Below are positions 7,190-15,409 of a stretch of 27,544 nt of DNA, piece after piece; position 1 is the first letter of the stretch; each line of letters begins with the position of its first letter. A model generated the notes under the pieces. That model made no database searches, was not told the origin of the DNA, and was given only the letters and a program-made list of their open reading frames with translations. Location of the stretch: IMG/VR virus record IMGVR_UViG_3300020042_005156, positions 1 through 27,544 of that record; one strand, written 5' to 3'. This DNA is from a virus. Its lineage: Duplodnaviria; Caudoviricetes. The translations under genes and the position numbers were made by a program.

Positions 7190-9469
7190 ATGGCCATCCC
7201 AATCAGCAATGTCACCCGCCGAACAGTCTACGCACCCAGCGGCGCTGGTGGCGCTGGCCCCTATGCGTTTACTTTTGAGATCCTGGCCAACACTGACATT
7301 GCCGTTTTCAAAGATGACACGCTGCTGACGCTGACCACCCACTACACGGTGAGCATTGCAGCCAACGGCACGGGCTCGGTGACCATCACGGCAGCAGGCT
7401 TGGCGCTGGCTCCTGTGTCTCCAACCCAGTACGCAATTGTCGGCAACCGCGCTATCAGCCGGTCTACTGACTTCACAACCGGTGGTGACTTCTTTGCCAA
7501 CACGCTCAATGATGAGCTCGATCAGCAGACCATCTTTGCCCAGCAGAATGCCGAGGGTGTTACCCGTGCATTGCAGGCACCACAGACCGACCCGACCACG
7601 GTGGACATGACCCTGCCCCGAGCATCTGTCCGGGCCAACAAGACGCTGGCCTTTGATGCCAACGGCGACCCCACCACGGGCGAGGTGATCGGTGACAACC
7701 GTGGCAACTGGGCGGCTGGTGTTGCGTACAACAAGCGCGACATTGTCAAGGACACAAGCAACGGCAATGTCTACTATGCGAACACCAGCCACACATCCTC
7801 TGGCTCACAGCCAATCAGCACCAACGCTGACAGCGCCAAGTGGGATCTGATTGTTGACAACGCATCAGCAACAACCTCGGCCACCAACGCTGCTGCATCA
7901 GCCTCTGCTGCGTCTACCAGCGCAAGCAATGCATCGACATCAGCCACCAACGCAGCCAGCTCTGCCAGCACGGCCAGCACCCAAGCCAGCAATGCGAGCA
8001 CCTCGGCTACCAATGCGGCATCCAGCGCAAGCGCAGCATCCAGCTCGGCCAGCACCGCAAGCACCGCTGCGACCAACGCTGGCACCTCGGCCACCGCAGC
8101 CTCAACCAGCGCAACGAGTGCCAGCAGCAGCGCCACATCAGCGAGCGGGTCTGCCAGCACTGCAACGACACAGGCCAGCAACGCCAGCACATCAGCGACC
8201 GCTGCTGCGGCATCAGCGAGCACGGCCACTACGCAGGCCACCAACGCAGCAACCTCTGCCTCGGGTGCCAGCACCTCGGCATCAAATGCAAGCACCTCGG
8301 CCAGCAACGCATCAGCCAGTGAAACGGCTGCTGCCGCATCTGCTGCATCTGCTGCTGCCAGCTTTGATGCGTTTGATGACATCTACCTGGGTGCCAAGGC
8401 AAGCGATCCCACTGTTGACAATGACGGCAACGCGCTGACCACTGGCGACCAGTACTTCAACACCACAGCCAATGAGCTGCGCGTGTACAACGGCAGCACT
8501 TGGCAGGCAGCATCCACTGTTGGCGGCACTGTGACCAACCTCACGGTCACCAACGGCGCAACCATCCAAGGCCTCACAGTAGGCCGTGGCGCGGGTGCTG
8601 TGTCTACGAATACGGCGGTGGGTGCGAGTGCTTTGGTGGCGAATACAACGGGTGACGAGAACGTGGGGGTTGGTCATACCGCTCTTACAGTTACTACTAC
8701 CGGCTCTGGGAACACTGCCGTTGGCTCGCGCACAATGCGATTAAATACGACTGGCAACTTTAACTCCTCCCTTGGTTACGCCACACTTATTGCAAATACA
8801 ACAGGTGCTAACAATGTTGCAGTAGGAGCATCGGCTCTTCAGTTCAACACCACAGCCTCAAACAACACCGCTGTGGGTTATCAGGCGGGGTATAGCAATA
8901 CAACCGGAACATACAACCTGTTCATGGGTTATATAACGGGGCAATCAAACACCACTGGGTCGCAGAACACTTTTGTTGGTGGCCTTGGTGCTGGCAATGC
9001 CGTTACAACTGGCGGCAAACACACAATCATCGGCAACTACTCAGGCAACAACGGTGGCCTCGACATCCGCACTGCCAACAACTACATCGTCTTGAGCGAT
9101 GGGGATGGGAATCCACGGGGGTATTTTGACAACAACGGAAGACTAACTCTTGCAGGTACCGTTGCAATTTCGGTTGCTCCTGGAACGTACACACTTGATA
9201 CTTCTGCAACTGGAACTTCTATTGCCAATGGCGGCACAGTTAATTACTCAAACTCATCTGGTTTTTTAATTGTAAATAATTGGAGTCAAGGCTCTGTTGG
9301 TATATGGCTGATGGGTGGGGGTCAAACTGCGCTTGTTTCCAATGTTGGAGGCGTTGGGCTAGGAGCCATTGCATACAACGCTGGTATTAATGGCTACACA
9401 TGGACAAACACTTACGGCGCAACTGGTATATTTGATTTTGTCTTTATCCGCACTCGTACTGGCGCGTAA
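7190..9469 (+). CDS. Tail fibre / receptor-binding protein (759 aa)
   Basis: T7 gp17-like N-terminal anchor (GPYAFTFEIL...TLTTHYTV...LNDELDQ), RGNWAAGVAYNKRDIV module, long Ser/Ala/Thr repeat stalk, YLGAKASDPTVDNDG...YFNT module, NTAVG/NTTG beta-helix repeats, divergent C-terminal tip. Confidence 0.9.
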   Translation: MAIPISNVTRRTVYAPSGAGGAGPYAFTFEILANTDIAVFKDDTLLTLTTHYTVSIAANGTGSVTITAAGLALAPVSPTQYAIVGNRAISRSTDFTTGGDFFANTLNDELDQQTIFAQQNAEGVTRALQAPQTDPTTVDMTLPRASVRANKTLAFDANGDPTTGEVIGDNRGNWAAGVAYNKRDIVKDTSNGNVYYANTSHTSSGSQPISTNADSAKWDLIVDNASATTSATNAAASASAASTSASNASTSATNAASSASTASTQASNASTSATNAASSASAASSSASTASTAATNAGTSATAASTSATSASSSATSASGSASTATTQASNASTSATAAAASASTATTQATNAATSASGASTSASNASTSASNASASETAAAASAASAAASFDAFDDIYLGAKASDPTVDNDGNALTTGDQYFNTTANELRVYNGSTWQAASTVGGTVTNLTVTNGATIQGLTVGRGAGAVSTNTAVGASALVANTTGDENVGVGHTALTVTTTGSGNTAVGSRTMRLNTTGNFNSSLGYATLIANTTGANNVAVGASALQFNTTASNNTAVGYQAGYSNTTGTYNLFMGYITGQSNTTGSQNTFVGGLGAGNAVTTGGKHTIIGNYSGNNGGLDIRTANNYIVLSDGDGNPRGYFDNNGRLTLAGTVAISVAPGTYTLDTSATGTSIANGGTVNYSNSSGFLIVNNWSQGSVGIWLMGGGQTALVSNVGGVGLGAIAYNAGINGYTWTNTYGATGIFDFVFIRTRTGA
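7860..8362 (+). repeat. Degenerate Ser/Ala/Thr heptad-like coding repeats (e.g. ASTSATNAASS) forming the tail fibre stalk
   Basis: Recurring gccagcac/gccaccaacgc units, in frame with the fibre gene; resembles lambda Stf-type stalks. Confidence 0.8.
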
Positions 9470-9485
9470 TTAAAAGGAAAATAAA

Positions 9486-9764
9486 ATGATTGCAAATTAC
9501 ACCGCGGTATTGGTTGATACTAAAAAGTATGAAGTAACTGCGAACTTGAGTGAAGGCAACCCCGTAACATTCTTTTGCGTTGTGAGCGAAAACGAAACAG
9601 AACTTGATGCCCTTGTCGCTTTTCACTTGGAGTATCTGGCAAATCCAACGAAAGTGTATGAAGCGGCTCCTGCACCACCGGACTTGAATTCTGTAATCCA
9701 AGAGCAGCAAGCCATCATCATCCAACTCCAAGCTGATGTGGCAGCACTGAAAGCAGCAGCATGA
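9486..9764 (+). CDS. Tail-fibre-associated protein / putative chaperone (92 aa)
   Basis: AAGGA RBS; directly after the fibre; ends in the coiled coil IQEQQAIIIQLQADVAALK typical of fibre chaperone C-termini. Confidence 0.65.
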   Translation: MIANYTAVLVDTKKYEVTANLSEGNPVTFFCVVSENETELDALVAFHLEYLANPTKVYEAAPAPPDLNSVIQEQQAIIIQLQADVAALKAAA

Positions 9765-9970
9765 ACGACATCACCCCCGAACAAATTGCCCAGCACTACT
9801 CTGCCGCCCTCGACAGCGTAGCCCTCATCAACGCAGGGCAGCCTGAAGGCATGAGCAACGAGGACTGGGCCGACTGCCTCCAGCGTAACCGTAACCATCT
9901 AGTCATCATGCTGACAAAAGACTTCTGGACTACGGAAGATTTGACACCACTGCAAGGGGCGATAGTGTGA
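9761..9970 (+). CDS. Hypothetical phage protein (69 aa), tail-fibre associated
   Basis: ATGA overlap with the upstream gene; plausible acidic helical protein. Confidence 0.7.
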   Translation: MNDITPEQIAQHYSAALDSVALINAGQPEGMSNEDWADCLQRNRNHLVIMLTKDFWTTEDLTPLQGAIV

Positions 9971-10197
9971 GCGACCACGATGTAACCCACCGAGAAATCT
10001 ACGACAGGCTGGTGGCTGTTGAGACTAAGGTCGATGGGCTGACAGAAAGCACCAAGGATGTGACGGCGGCCTTTGTCGCTGCACAGGGTGCGTTCCAAGT
10101 GCTGGAGACCCTGAGCAAGCTGGCCAAGCCACTGCTGTGGATCGGCGGGCTGGTCACGGCTGCCGTGGCGTTCTGGGATCACTTCAAGGTGCGCTGA
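9967..10197 (+). CDS. Small membrane protein, putative holin-like (76 aa)
   Basis: GTGA overlap; N-terminal coiled coil (IYDRLVAVETKVDGL) and one C-terminal TM segment (LLWIGGLVTAAVAFW); start of the lysis region. Confidence 0.6.
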   Translation: MSDHDVTHREIYDRLVAVETKVDGLTESTKDVTAAFVAAQGAFQVLETLSKLAKPLLWIGGLVTAAVAFWDHFKVR

Positions 10198-10325
10198 TGG
10201 ACGCGCTGCCACCACAGCCACCGGCAGCGCAAGCACCGGCCCCGGTCTTTGAGTGCGTCAGGTGGTCATGGTCGTCTGACAGGCTGCTGGTCTGGTGCCT
10301 TCAGTGGCGGGAGCGCAAGAAGTGA
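10197..10325 (+). CDS. Small hypothetical protein (42 aa, Pro-rich N-terminus, Trp/Cys-rich C-terminus)
   Basis: TGATG coupling to the upstream gene and GTGA coupling downstream; exactly fills the gap. Confidence 0.55.
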   Translation: MDALPPQPPAAQAPAPVFECVRWSWSSDRLLVWCLQWRERKK

Positions 10326-10813
10326 TCGATCCCCTCACCGCCCTGGCAGGCATACAGGCCGCAGTCGCCTTAGTGAAGAAGGTTTCCAAGACCGTTGATG
10401 ATGTGTCTTCGCTCGGGCCCGTACTTGGGAAGTATTTTGAGGCCAAAGCCGTAGCAAAACAAGCGGTGGTTCACGCTAAAAAATCAAAATCGTCAATGGC
10501 TGTGGCGACAGAAATCGAGCTTCAGCTGGATTCCGCCAAACAGTTTGAATCCGAAATGCTTTTGATTTTTATGGCTGTCGGGAAGATCGATGTGTTCAAC
10601 AAGATCAAGTCCAGAGCAGCGGCAATGGATGTCGAGGCGGCGCATGAAGCCCGCAGAGAAAAAGAGGCTGCTGCCCGTCACAAGAAAGAGATGGACGAGG
10701 TCATCAACATTGTGCTGTTCATCCTGGTGATCGGCTCGGTGCTCGGTGCCACCGGCTGGTTTGTGTATGAGGCCATTGCGCAATGCAGCCCCAATTGCGG
10801 TTTTCAAAAGTAA
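10322..10813 (+). CDS. Hypothetical membrane protein (163 aa) in the lysis module
   Basis: GTG start (MIDPLTALAGIQAAV...), coiled-coil middle, C-terminal TM helix (IVLFILVIGSVLGATGWFVY). Confidence 0.7.
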   Translation: MIDPLTALAGIQAAVALVKKVSKTVDDVSSLGPVLGKYFEAKAVAKQAVVHAKKSKSSMAVATEIELQLDSAKQFESEMLLIFMAVGKIDVFNKIKSRAAAMDVEAAHEARREKEAAARHKKEMDEVINIVLFILVIGSVLGATGWFVYEAIAQCSPNCGFQK

Positions 10814-10821
10814 GGACAAAC

Positions 10822-11316
10822 ATGGACACACTACTCAACCTCCTCAAAGGCGCAGCCCCAATGCTGGCCACGGTTGTTGCTGGCCCACTTGGCGGCAAAG
10901 CCGTTTCAATGCTGGCAGAAAAGTTCGGCGTTGAGGACACGGTGGCGGCGGTGGCCGAGGCCATTGCCGGTGACCCACAGGCCGCGCAAAAGCTGGCCGA
11001 TGTTGAGCTTGAGTTTGCCAAGCTGGATGCCGCCGACCGCGACAGCGCCCGCACCCGTGAGTTTGAAATGGCCAAGGCTGGCGCCACACCGCTGGCCCAG
11101 CTGGTGGTGCCTATCCTTGCGCTCGGCACGGTGGCCACCACCTTCCTGTTCATTGCCGCCCTGCTGTTCCTTGAGATCAAGACCGAGCAGCAGCAGCTCA
11201 TCATCTTTGCGCTGGGCTACGCCACGGCAGCTGCGCAGCAGGTGCTGTCCTACTACTTCGGCTCCAGTAAGTCCAGCCAGGACAAGACGGCGGCCATGTC
11301 CAAGGGTACAAAATGA
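10822..11316 (+). CDS. Holin-like membrane protein (164 aa)
   Basis: AAGGA RBS; APMLATVVAGPLGG N-terminus, two C-terminal TM segments and a YYFGSS motif; directly upstream of the endolysin. Confidence 0.65.
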   Translation: MDTLLNLLKGAAPMLATVVAGPLGGKAVSMLAEKFGVEDTVAAVAEAIAGDPQAAQKLADVELEFAKLDAADRDSARTREFEMAKAGATPLAQLVVPILALGTVATTFLFIAALLFLEIKTEQQQLIIFALGYATAAAQQVLSYYFGSSKSSQDKTAAMSKGTK

Positions 11317-11837
11317 AAGAGAACTTCGACTCCGCATTGGCTGCTGTCCTACACCATGAAGGGGGTTATGTGAACCATCCGAAAGACCCGGGCGGCATGA
11401 CCAACCTGGGCGTGACCAAGCGGGTCTGGGAGGAATGGCTTGGCCACCAGGTAGACGAGCAGGCCATGCGCGGGTTGACCCCGGCAATCGTCGGGCCCAT
11501 GTACAAGGCCAAGTACTGGGACAAGATCAAAGGCGACGAGCTGCCAGCTGGTGTGGACTATGTGGTCTTCGATGCTGCCATCAACAGCGGCCCAGGCCGG
11601 GCGTCCAAGTGGCTGCAAGAGGTGGTGGGCGTGACGGCTGACGGCGCCATCGGCCCCGGCACCATGAAGGCTGTGCTGGCCGAAGATCCCGCCGAGCTGG
11701 TGTCTGCGTACTCATTCAAGCGGATGAATTTTTTGCAAGGGTTACCGACCTGGCCAACCTTTGGCAAGGGCTGGGGCAGGCGGGTGACCGAGGTGGCAAG
11801 CGCTGCTGGCACCATGACCAGCAGCACCCAAGCCTGA
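11313..11837 (+). CDS. Endolysin, glycoside hydrolase family 108 lysozyme with peptidoglycan-binding domain
   Basis: HEGGYVNHPKDPGGMTNLGVT, FDAAINSGPGRA, DGAIGPGT and FGKGWGRR motifs. Confidence 0.93.
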   Translation: MKENFDSALAAVLHHEGGYVNHPKDPGGMTNLGVTKRVWEEWLGHQVDEQAMRGLTPAIVGPMYKAKYWDKIKGDELPAGVDYVVFDAAINSGPGRASKWLQEVVGVTADGAIGPGTMKAVLAEDPAELVSAYSFKRMNFLQGLPTWPTFGKGWGRRVTEVASAAGTMTSSTQA

Positions 11838-12848
11838 TTACTGAGCGGCCCCCAGCGCTCCGAGGCGCTTGCTGTACGCAGCTGTGTGCCTGATTCGCTT
11901 GAGCATCTCTACCTTGGCCAGCGTGGGCTCATTGGCTTCGCGCAGCTCCTTGAGCTTGGTCATGCGATCCCGGGGCAGCACCTTGCCAGCTCGCGCTGTC
12001 TTGTCTGCGACATCCTCGTAAGCGTCTTGCCATTCCTCAATGGTCGCATGCGTTGACAGCGGCTTGTCCTTGCCCGGCAGCAACACGGCAAACCCTTCGG
12101 TGGCCACTGTGGCTGGTGCCTCAACAACCTCGGGGATGTCAACCACCTCCATGGCCTCGGCCATAGCCTGAGCGACCAGCTCGTTGACAGCGTCCACCTC
12201 CTGATCCTTGGCAAACACTTCCTCGATTACCGCCGGGTTGCTGGTCTGCTCGATCATGGGGGTTGGCGCCACCATGTCCAGTGGGTTGGCTGGCCTGGCC
12301 ATCTGGCGGGGCTTGGCTTCCTCCGGGTAGTCCTGTGCCTCCTCGGCGGTGATCATGCCCTTGAGCACATCAGGGAAGGCATCACGCAGCGCAAAGCCGC
12401 GAGCTCGCATCTGCATCATGCGCTTGGGGTAGGATGACCATGGCCCCTGCTTGCCCCACAGTCCAGCACGCTTGGCATCCTCAACCGAGAACCGAGCGGT
12501 CACCGGCTTGCGGCCCTTGCGCTTGGCCACGCAGACTGCCACCGGGTTGGGCGTACCTTCGCCCTCAAAGAACTCCTCGACATCCTCACAGACGGGGCTG
12601 GCCTGCACCAGGGCCATGGCTGCGTCACCGTAGACCGAGGGCTTGCCGTTGATGACAGCGATGTTCTGGAGCGCTTGCATGGGTGCCAGCCCCATCTCCA
12701 TGCCCCATTGAACACAGACCAGGATGTCCTGGGGCTTGCCCTGGTAGGCCTTGGGCACCATGCTGGAGTTGGCCAGCATGTCTGAGAAGGTCATGGCCTC
12801 GGTGAGGGTGGTCGGAGCGAAGCCCCGATTAGTGGTGGTCAGTTGCAT
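11838..12848 (-). CDS. recT: RecT/Redbeta-like single-strand annealing protein
   Basis: VPKAYQGKPQD, GMEMGLAPMQALQNIAVINGKP, AKRAGLW, YPKRMMQMRARGFALRDAFPDVLKG; adjacent to a YqaJ-like exonuclease. Confidence 0.85.
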   Translation of the reverse strand: MQLTTTNRGFAPTTLTEAMTFSDMLANSSMVPKAYQGKPQDILVCVQWGMEMGLAPMQALQNIAVINGKPSVYGDAAMALVQASPVCEDVEEFFEGEGTPNPVAVCVAKRKGRKPVTARFSVEDAKRAGLWGKQGPWSSYPKRMMQMRARGFALRDAFPDVLKGMITAEEAQDYPEEAKPRQMARPANPLDMVAPTPMIEQTSNPAVIEEVFAKDQEVDAVNELVAQAMAEAMEVVDIPEVVEAPATVATEGFAVLLPGKDKPLSTHATIEEWQDAYEDVADKTARAGKVLPRDRMTKLKELREANEPTLAKVEMLKRIRHTAAYSKRLGALGAAQ

Positions 12849-13008
12849 TTGTTTCTTTCAGATAGGTTTGCATGGTGATGAAAATCAACTCGGTCATGGA
12901 TTCAACAAACTCCTCGGCCTCGTCCTCGGTGCAGTCGGTGGCATTCAGCATGGCCACAACAGCCTGCTCATAGGCATGCCGGATGGCAGGGTGATCGGGT
13001 AGGTTCAT
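12829..13008 (-). CDS. Hypothetical acidic protein (59 aa)
   Basis: ATGA overlap with the exonuclease stop and an AAGGA RBS; alternative start at 13017. Confidence 0.65.
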   Translation of the reverse strand: MNLPDHPAIRHAYEQAVVAMLNATDCTEDEAEEFVESMTELIFITMQTYLKETNATDHH

Positions 13009-13964
13009 GTTTGCCATTCCTTGATCGACAGCGTGGACTGGCGAATGCTGTAGGCTGCCTTGGCGGGCACCAAACGCTCGGCAGCGGGCTTGTAGTTACG
13101 CATGGGCCAGCTGATCACATATTGCCCGGCACGGCCCCGCTCGGCTTGGCCCAGCTGCTCCTTGATCAGCTTCTCGGCATCCTCAATGCTGGCCTCTGCT
13201 GCCCGGATCGCGGCTTTGCTTTCCAGGATGCCCTTGGCCAGATCGCCTACGCTGGGAGGCAGCTGGAGTTCCTCACGGTCGGCGGCCATGGGGTAGATCC
13301 GGTCAAGCTCTTTGGAGCTGGCCGGCGGATACCAGTCGATGGCCCCGGTGGTCTGGTAGGTTTTGAGCTTGTGCGCAAAGGCGAGCACCTCCTTGATGAT
13401 GGCCTTTTGGGTCTCATGGTGGGTGGCGAACAGGAACACGCGCAGCTCGATGCCCTGATAGAGCACGCAGACAGCGCCCCACTTGTTGCCGGTCACCAGC
13501 ATCTGGCCTTGCAGTTGGATCGGGCCACGGGCCAGGTGCGGGGTGTCCTCCGGCATGGTCTTGGTCAGCTTGGCCTCGAGCACGCCGGGCCCGTCGAGCA
13601 CGATGGAATCCTGGCCGACCACATAGATGCCCCGGTCAGGGTCTGGGAAGATCTCCTGCCCGGTGCCATAGGCAACGCCATCCAGGCTGCAAGACAGTGG
13701 CACCGACTCATGGGTGTACGCCTGGCCGATCTGGGTGTCATAGTCGGTGATGCTCAGGCGCATGGCGGCCTGCTGCAAGATCACCGGCTCAAGGGTATTG
13801 CCCCAGCCCATGGCCTCGTTGCCAATGTCCGGGCGCTCTTTGCCATCGATGGCGTTGATGCTGAATTGCAGCTCGTCATTGGGTGTGCTGTACCGCGAGA
13901 AGCCCATCAGACCCGGAAGTCGGGATGCGCTCATTGCTTTGTCATCAGTTAATTTGCCTGCCAT
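13005..13964 (-). CDS. YqaJ-like viral recombinase exonuclease (RecE/Redalpha analogue)
   Basis: SAS...G..RYSTP, MGWGNTLEP, SCSLDG, LEAK and QLQGQMLVTG (PD-(D/E)xK) motifs; paired with RecT. Confidence 0.88.
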   Translation of the reverse strand: MAGKLTDDKAMSASRLPGLMGFSRYSTPNDELQFSINAIDGKERPDIGNEAMGWGNTLEPVILQQAAMRLSITDYDTQIGQAYTHESVPLSCSLDGVAYGTGQEIFPDPDRGIYVVGQDSIVLDGPGVLEAKLTKTMPEDTPHLARGPIQLQGQMLVTGNKWGAVCVLYQGIELRVFLFATHHETQKAIIKEVLAFAHKLKTYQTTGAIDWYPPASSKELDRIYPMAADREELQLPPSVGDLAKGILESKAAIRAAEASIEDAEKLIKEQLGQAERGRAGQYVISWPMRNYKPAAERLVPAKAAYSIRQSTLSIKEWQT

Positions 13965-13967
13965 TTT

Positions 13968-14267
13968 TCACTCCTTGATTTTGTAAACGCGCACCACTCT
14001 GGCATGCGCTTGTGGATGTACGGCCTCGGTGTACCCGATCCGTGTGAACCGCTTGTCGCGGAAGACCGCGCCCAAGACAGATGGATGGACACCGGGCGGC
14101 ACCTCGATGATGGCCCGGATGTCATTGATGGATGCCTGGCCACGCTGTTGGCAGACCAGCACCGCCAGAGCCCGGCAACGCTCCAAGAACTGGTGGTCTT
14201 GCTGCTCAAAGATGTCCAGCTGGCGCTCGCGCATGGCCCGGCCGGCGGCGAGGTCAGCTGTTGCCAT
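13968..14267 (-). CDS. Hypothetical protein (99 aa), possible winged-helix DNA-binding
   Basis: AAGGAG RBS before ATG 14267; SINDIRAII...LGAVF...HARVVRVY pattern. Confidence 0.65.
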   Translation of the reverse strand: MATADLAAGRAMRERQLDIFEQQDHQFLERCRALAVLVCQQRGQASINDIRAIIEVPPGVHPSVLGAVFRDKRFTRIGYTEAVHPQAHARVVRVYKIKE

Positions 14268-14445
14268 TGACCTGCTCCTTGTGCCGGGCACGCTTGACAG
14301 TGGCCTGGGCCTTTAGCTCGGCATCCCGCTCTGCCTTGGGCAGCCAGCCCAGCTTGCGCCAGCCGATCGTGATGTCGGTCTTGGCCGCCGGGGTGTACTC
14401 GCAGCCTTGCAGCAGCGACCGGGTGGGGTGTGTGATCTTGCTCAT
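14254..14445 (-). CDS. Hypothetical protein (63 aa)
   Basis: ATGA-coupled start; YTPAAKTDI..GWRKLGW motif; fits the operon tiling. Confidence 0.65.
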   Translation of the reverse strand: MSKITHPTRSLLQGCEYTPAAKTDITIGWRKLGWLPKAERDAELKAQATVKRARHKEQVNGNS

Positions 14446-14525
14446 ACAGGCATCCAGATCAGCAGGACAACGCAAGCCACGAACAGCGCGGCTACGGTGA
14501 TTTTTTCGAACAGGGTTTCATGCAT
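14442..14525 (-). CDS. Single-TM micropeptide (27 aa, MHETLFEKITVAALFVACVVLLIWMPV)
   Basis: GGAG RBS; overlaps the recombinase stop and the next ATG; absent from the ORF track because of its size. Confidence 0.55.
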   Translation of the reverse strand: MHETLFEKITVAALFVACVVLLIWMPV

Positions 14526-15192
14526 TGTTGTACTCCAGGTTGAGGCGTTTCAGAAGGTTGGAGGCCTGAGTTGGCCCCCAGGTCACATTGCCACGGGGTG
14601 TGGCCACGCCGCGAGCCTCGAGCGCTGCGGCAATGTCTCTTAGGGTGCTGGCACCAGACCGGGCGATGATGTCGCGCACGATTGGGCCAACACGGTCAGC
14701 GTACTTGTCGGCCTTGACCATGATGGCCTTGACACCGATGACCGAGCCGATCAGTGGTGTTGGGCAGCCCAGGGTGCGGCCTTGGGCTTTGACCTGGGCC
14801 AGCGCGGCCTTGGTGCGGTCGGAGATCTTGCGGGCCTCCCACTCAGCGAACACGGCCATCATCTGCAAGAAGGTGCGGTCAGCCTCGGGCATGTCAGCGC
14901 AGACAAAGGGCACGCCGGACTCCAGCAGGCCGGAGATGAAATGGACATTGCGGGCCAAGCGGTCGAGCTTGGCGATCACCAGCATGGCCTTGGCCTTCTT
15001 GGCGGTGGCCAGGGCGGCGGCCAGCTGCTCACGGTCATTCTTGCGGCCGGACTCGATCTCAGTGAACTCAGCGACCAGCTCGGCAGCGCCGATGTGCTTG
15101 GCCACGGCGGCACGCTGGGCATCCAGGCCAAGGCCAGACTGGCCCTGGCGGTCAGTGGAGACCCGGTAGTAGGCAACGAATTTGGTGGTCAT
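14518..15192 (-). CDS. Small serine recombinase (resolvase/invertase family) with C-terminal DNA-binding domain
   Basis: YYRVSTDRQ with catalytic Ser, ESGR, AKLDRLARN, FAEWEARKISDRTKAALA, GRTLG, then TLRDIAAALEARG. Confidence 0.93.
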   Translation of the reverse strand: MTTKFVAYYRVSTDRQGQSGLGLDAQRAAVAKHIGAAELVAEFTEIESGRKNDREQLAAALATAKKAKAMLVIAKLDRLARNVHFISGLLESGVPFVCADMPEADRTFLQMMAVFAEWEARKISDRTKAALAQVKAQGRTLGCPTPLIGSVIGVKAIMVKADKYADRVGPIVRDIIARSGASTLRDIAAALEARGVATPRGNVTWGPTQASNLLKRLNLEYNNA

Positions 15193-15193
15193 C

Positions 15194-15409
15194 TTAAGCA
15201 CCTTTACCAGCAAAAGCTAAACGCTCAAGGTAAGCATCCTTGCCAGCCAAAAAGGTTCTCTGTGCCCATGCATAAGCCAGACCAAATTGATTGAACTCTC
15301 CGACAATGCGGCCATCAATCCAAACCATGTAGTGGTTTTTGCCGAAGTGCTCGACCTTGACGGCAAAGCCGGTGGCCTTGCTATGCAGTAGGGTAGTTTT
15401 GTTTGCCAT
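15194..15409 (-). CDS. Hypothetical early protein (71 aa)
   Basis: AGGAG RBS before ATG 15409; first gene of the leftward operon; more AT-rich than its neighbours. Confidence 0.7.
   Translation of the reverse strand: MANKTTLLHSKATGFAVKVEHFGKNHYMVWIDGRIVGEFNQFGLAYAWAQRTFLAGKDAYLERLAFAGKGA

Noticed and set aside
7774-8438. Alternative-frame and antisense ORFs over the Ser/Ala/Thr repeat, or a CRISPR-like array
   Set aside because: These are by-products of a low-complexity coding repeat; there is no constant repeat with unique spacers.
7190-9469. Diversity-generating retroelement targeting the tail fibre, suggested by the BPP-1-like head genes
   Set aside because: No reverse transcriptase ORF and no second near-identical copy of the fibre 3' end (TR/VR pair) is visible in the window.
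8560-9970. Invertible tail-fibre shufflon driven by the serine recombinase
   Set aside because: No reverse-oriented alternative fibre ends or flanking inverted crossover sites were seen, and the recombinase is 5 kb away in another operon.
13011-13952. 313-aa plus-strand ORF opposite the YqaJ-like gene
   Set aside because: Antisense shadow coextensive with a well-supported gene.
14518-15192. IS607-like or Tn3-like mobile element
   Set aside because: No N-terminal MerR-like HTH, no TnpB or transposase neighbour, no terminal repeats; the gene is translationally coupled into the phage operon.
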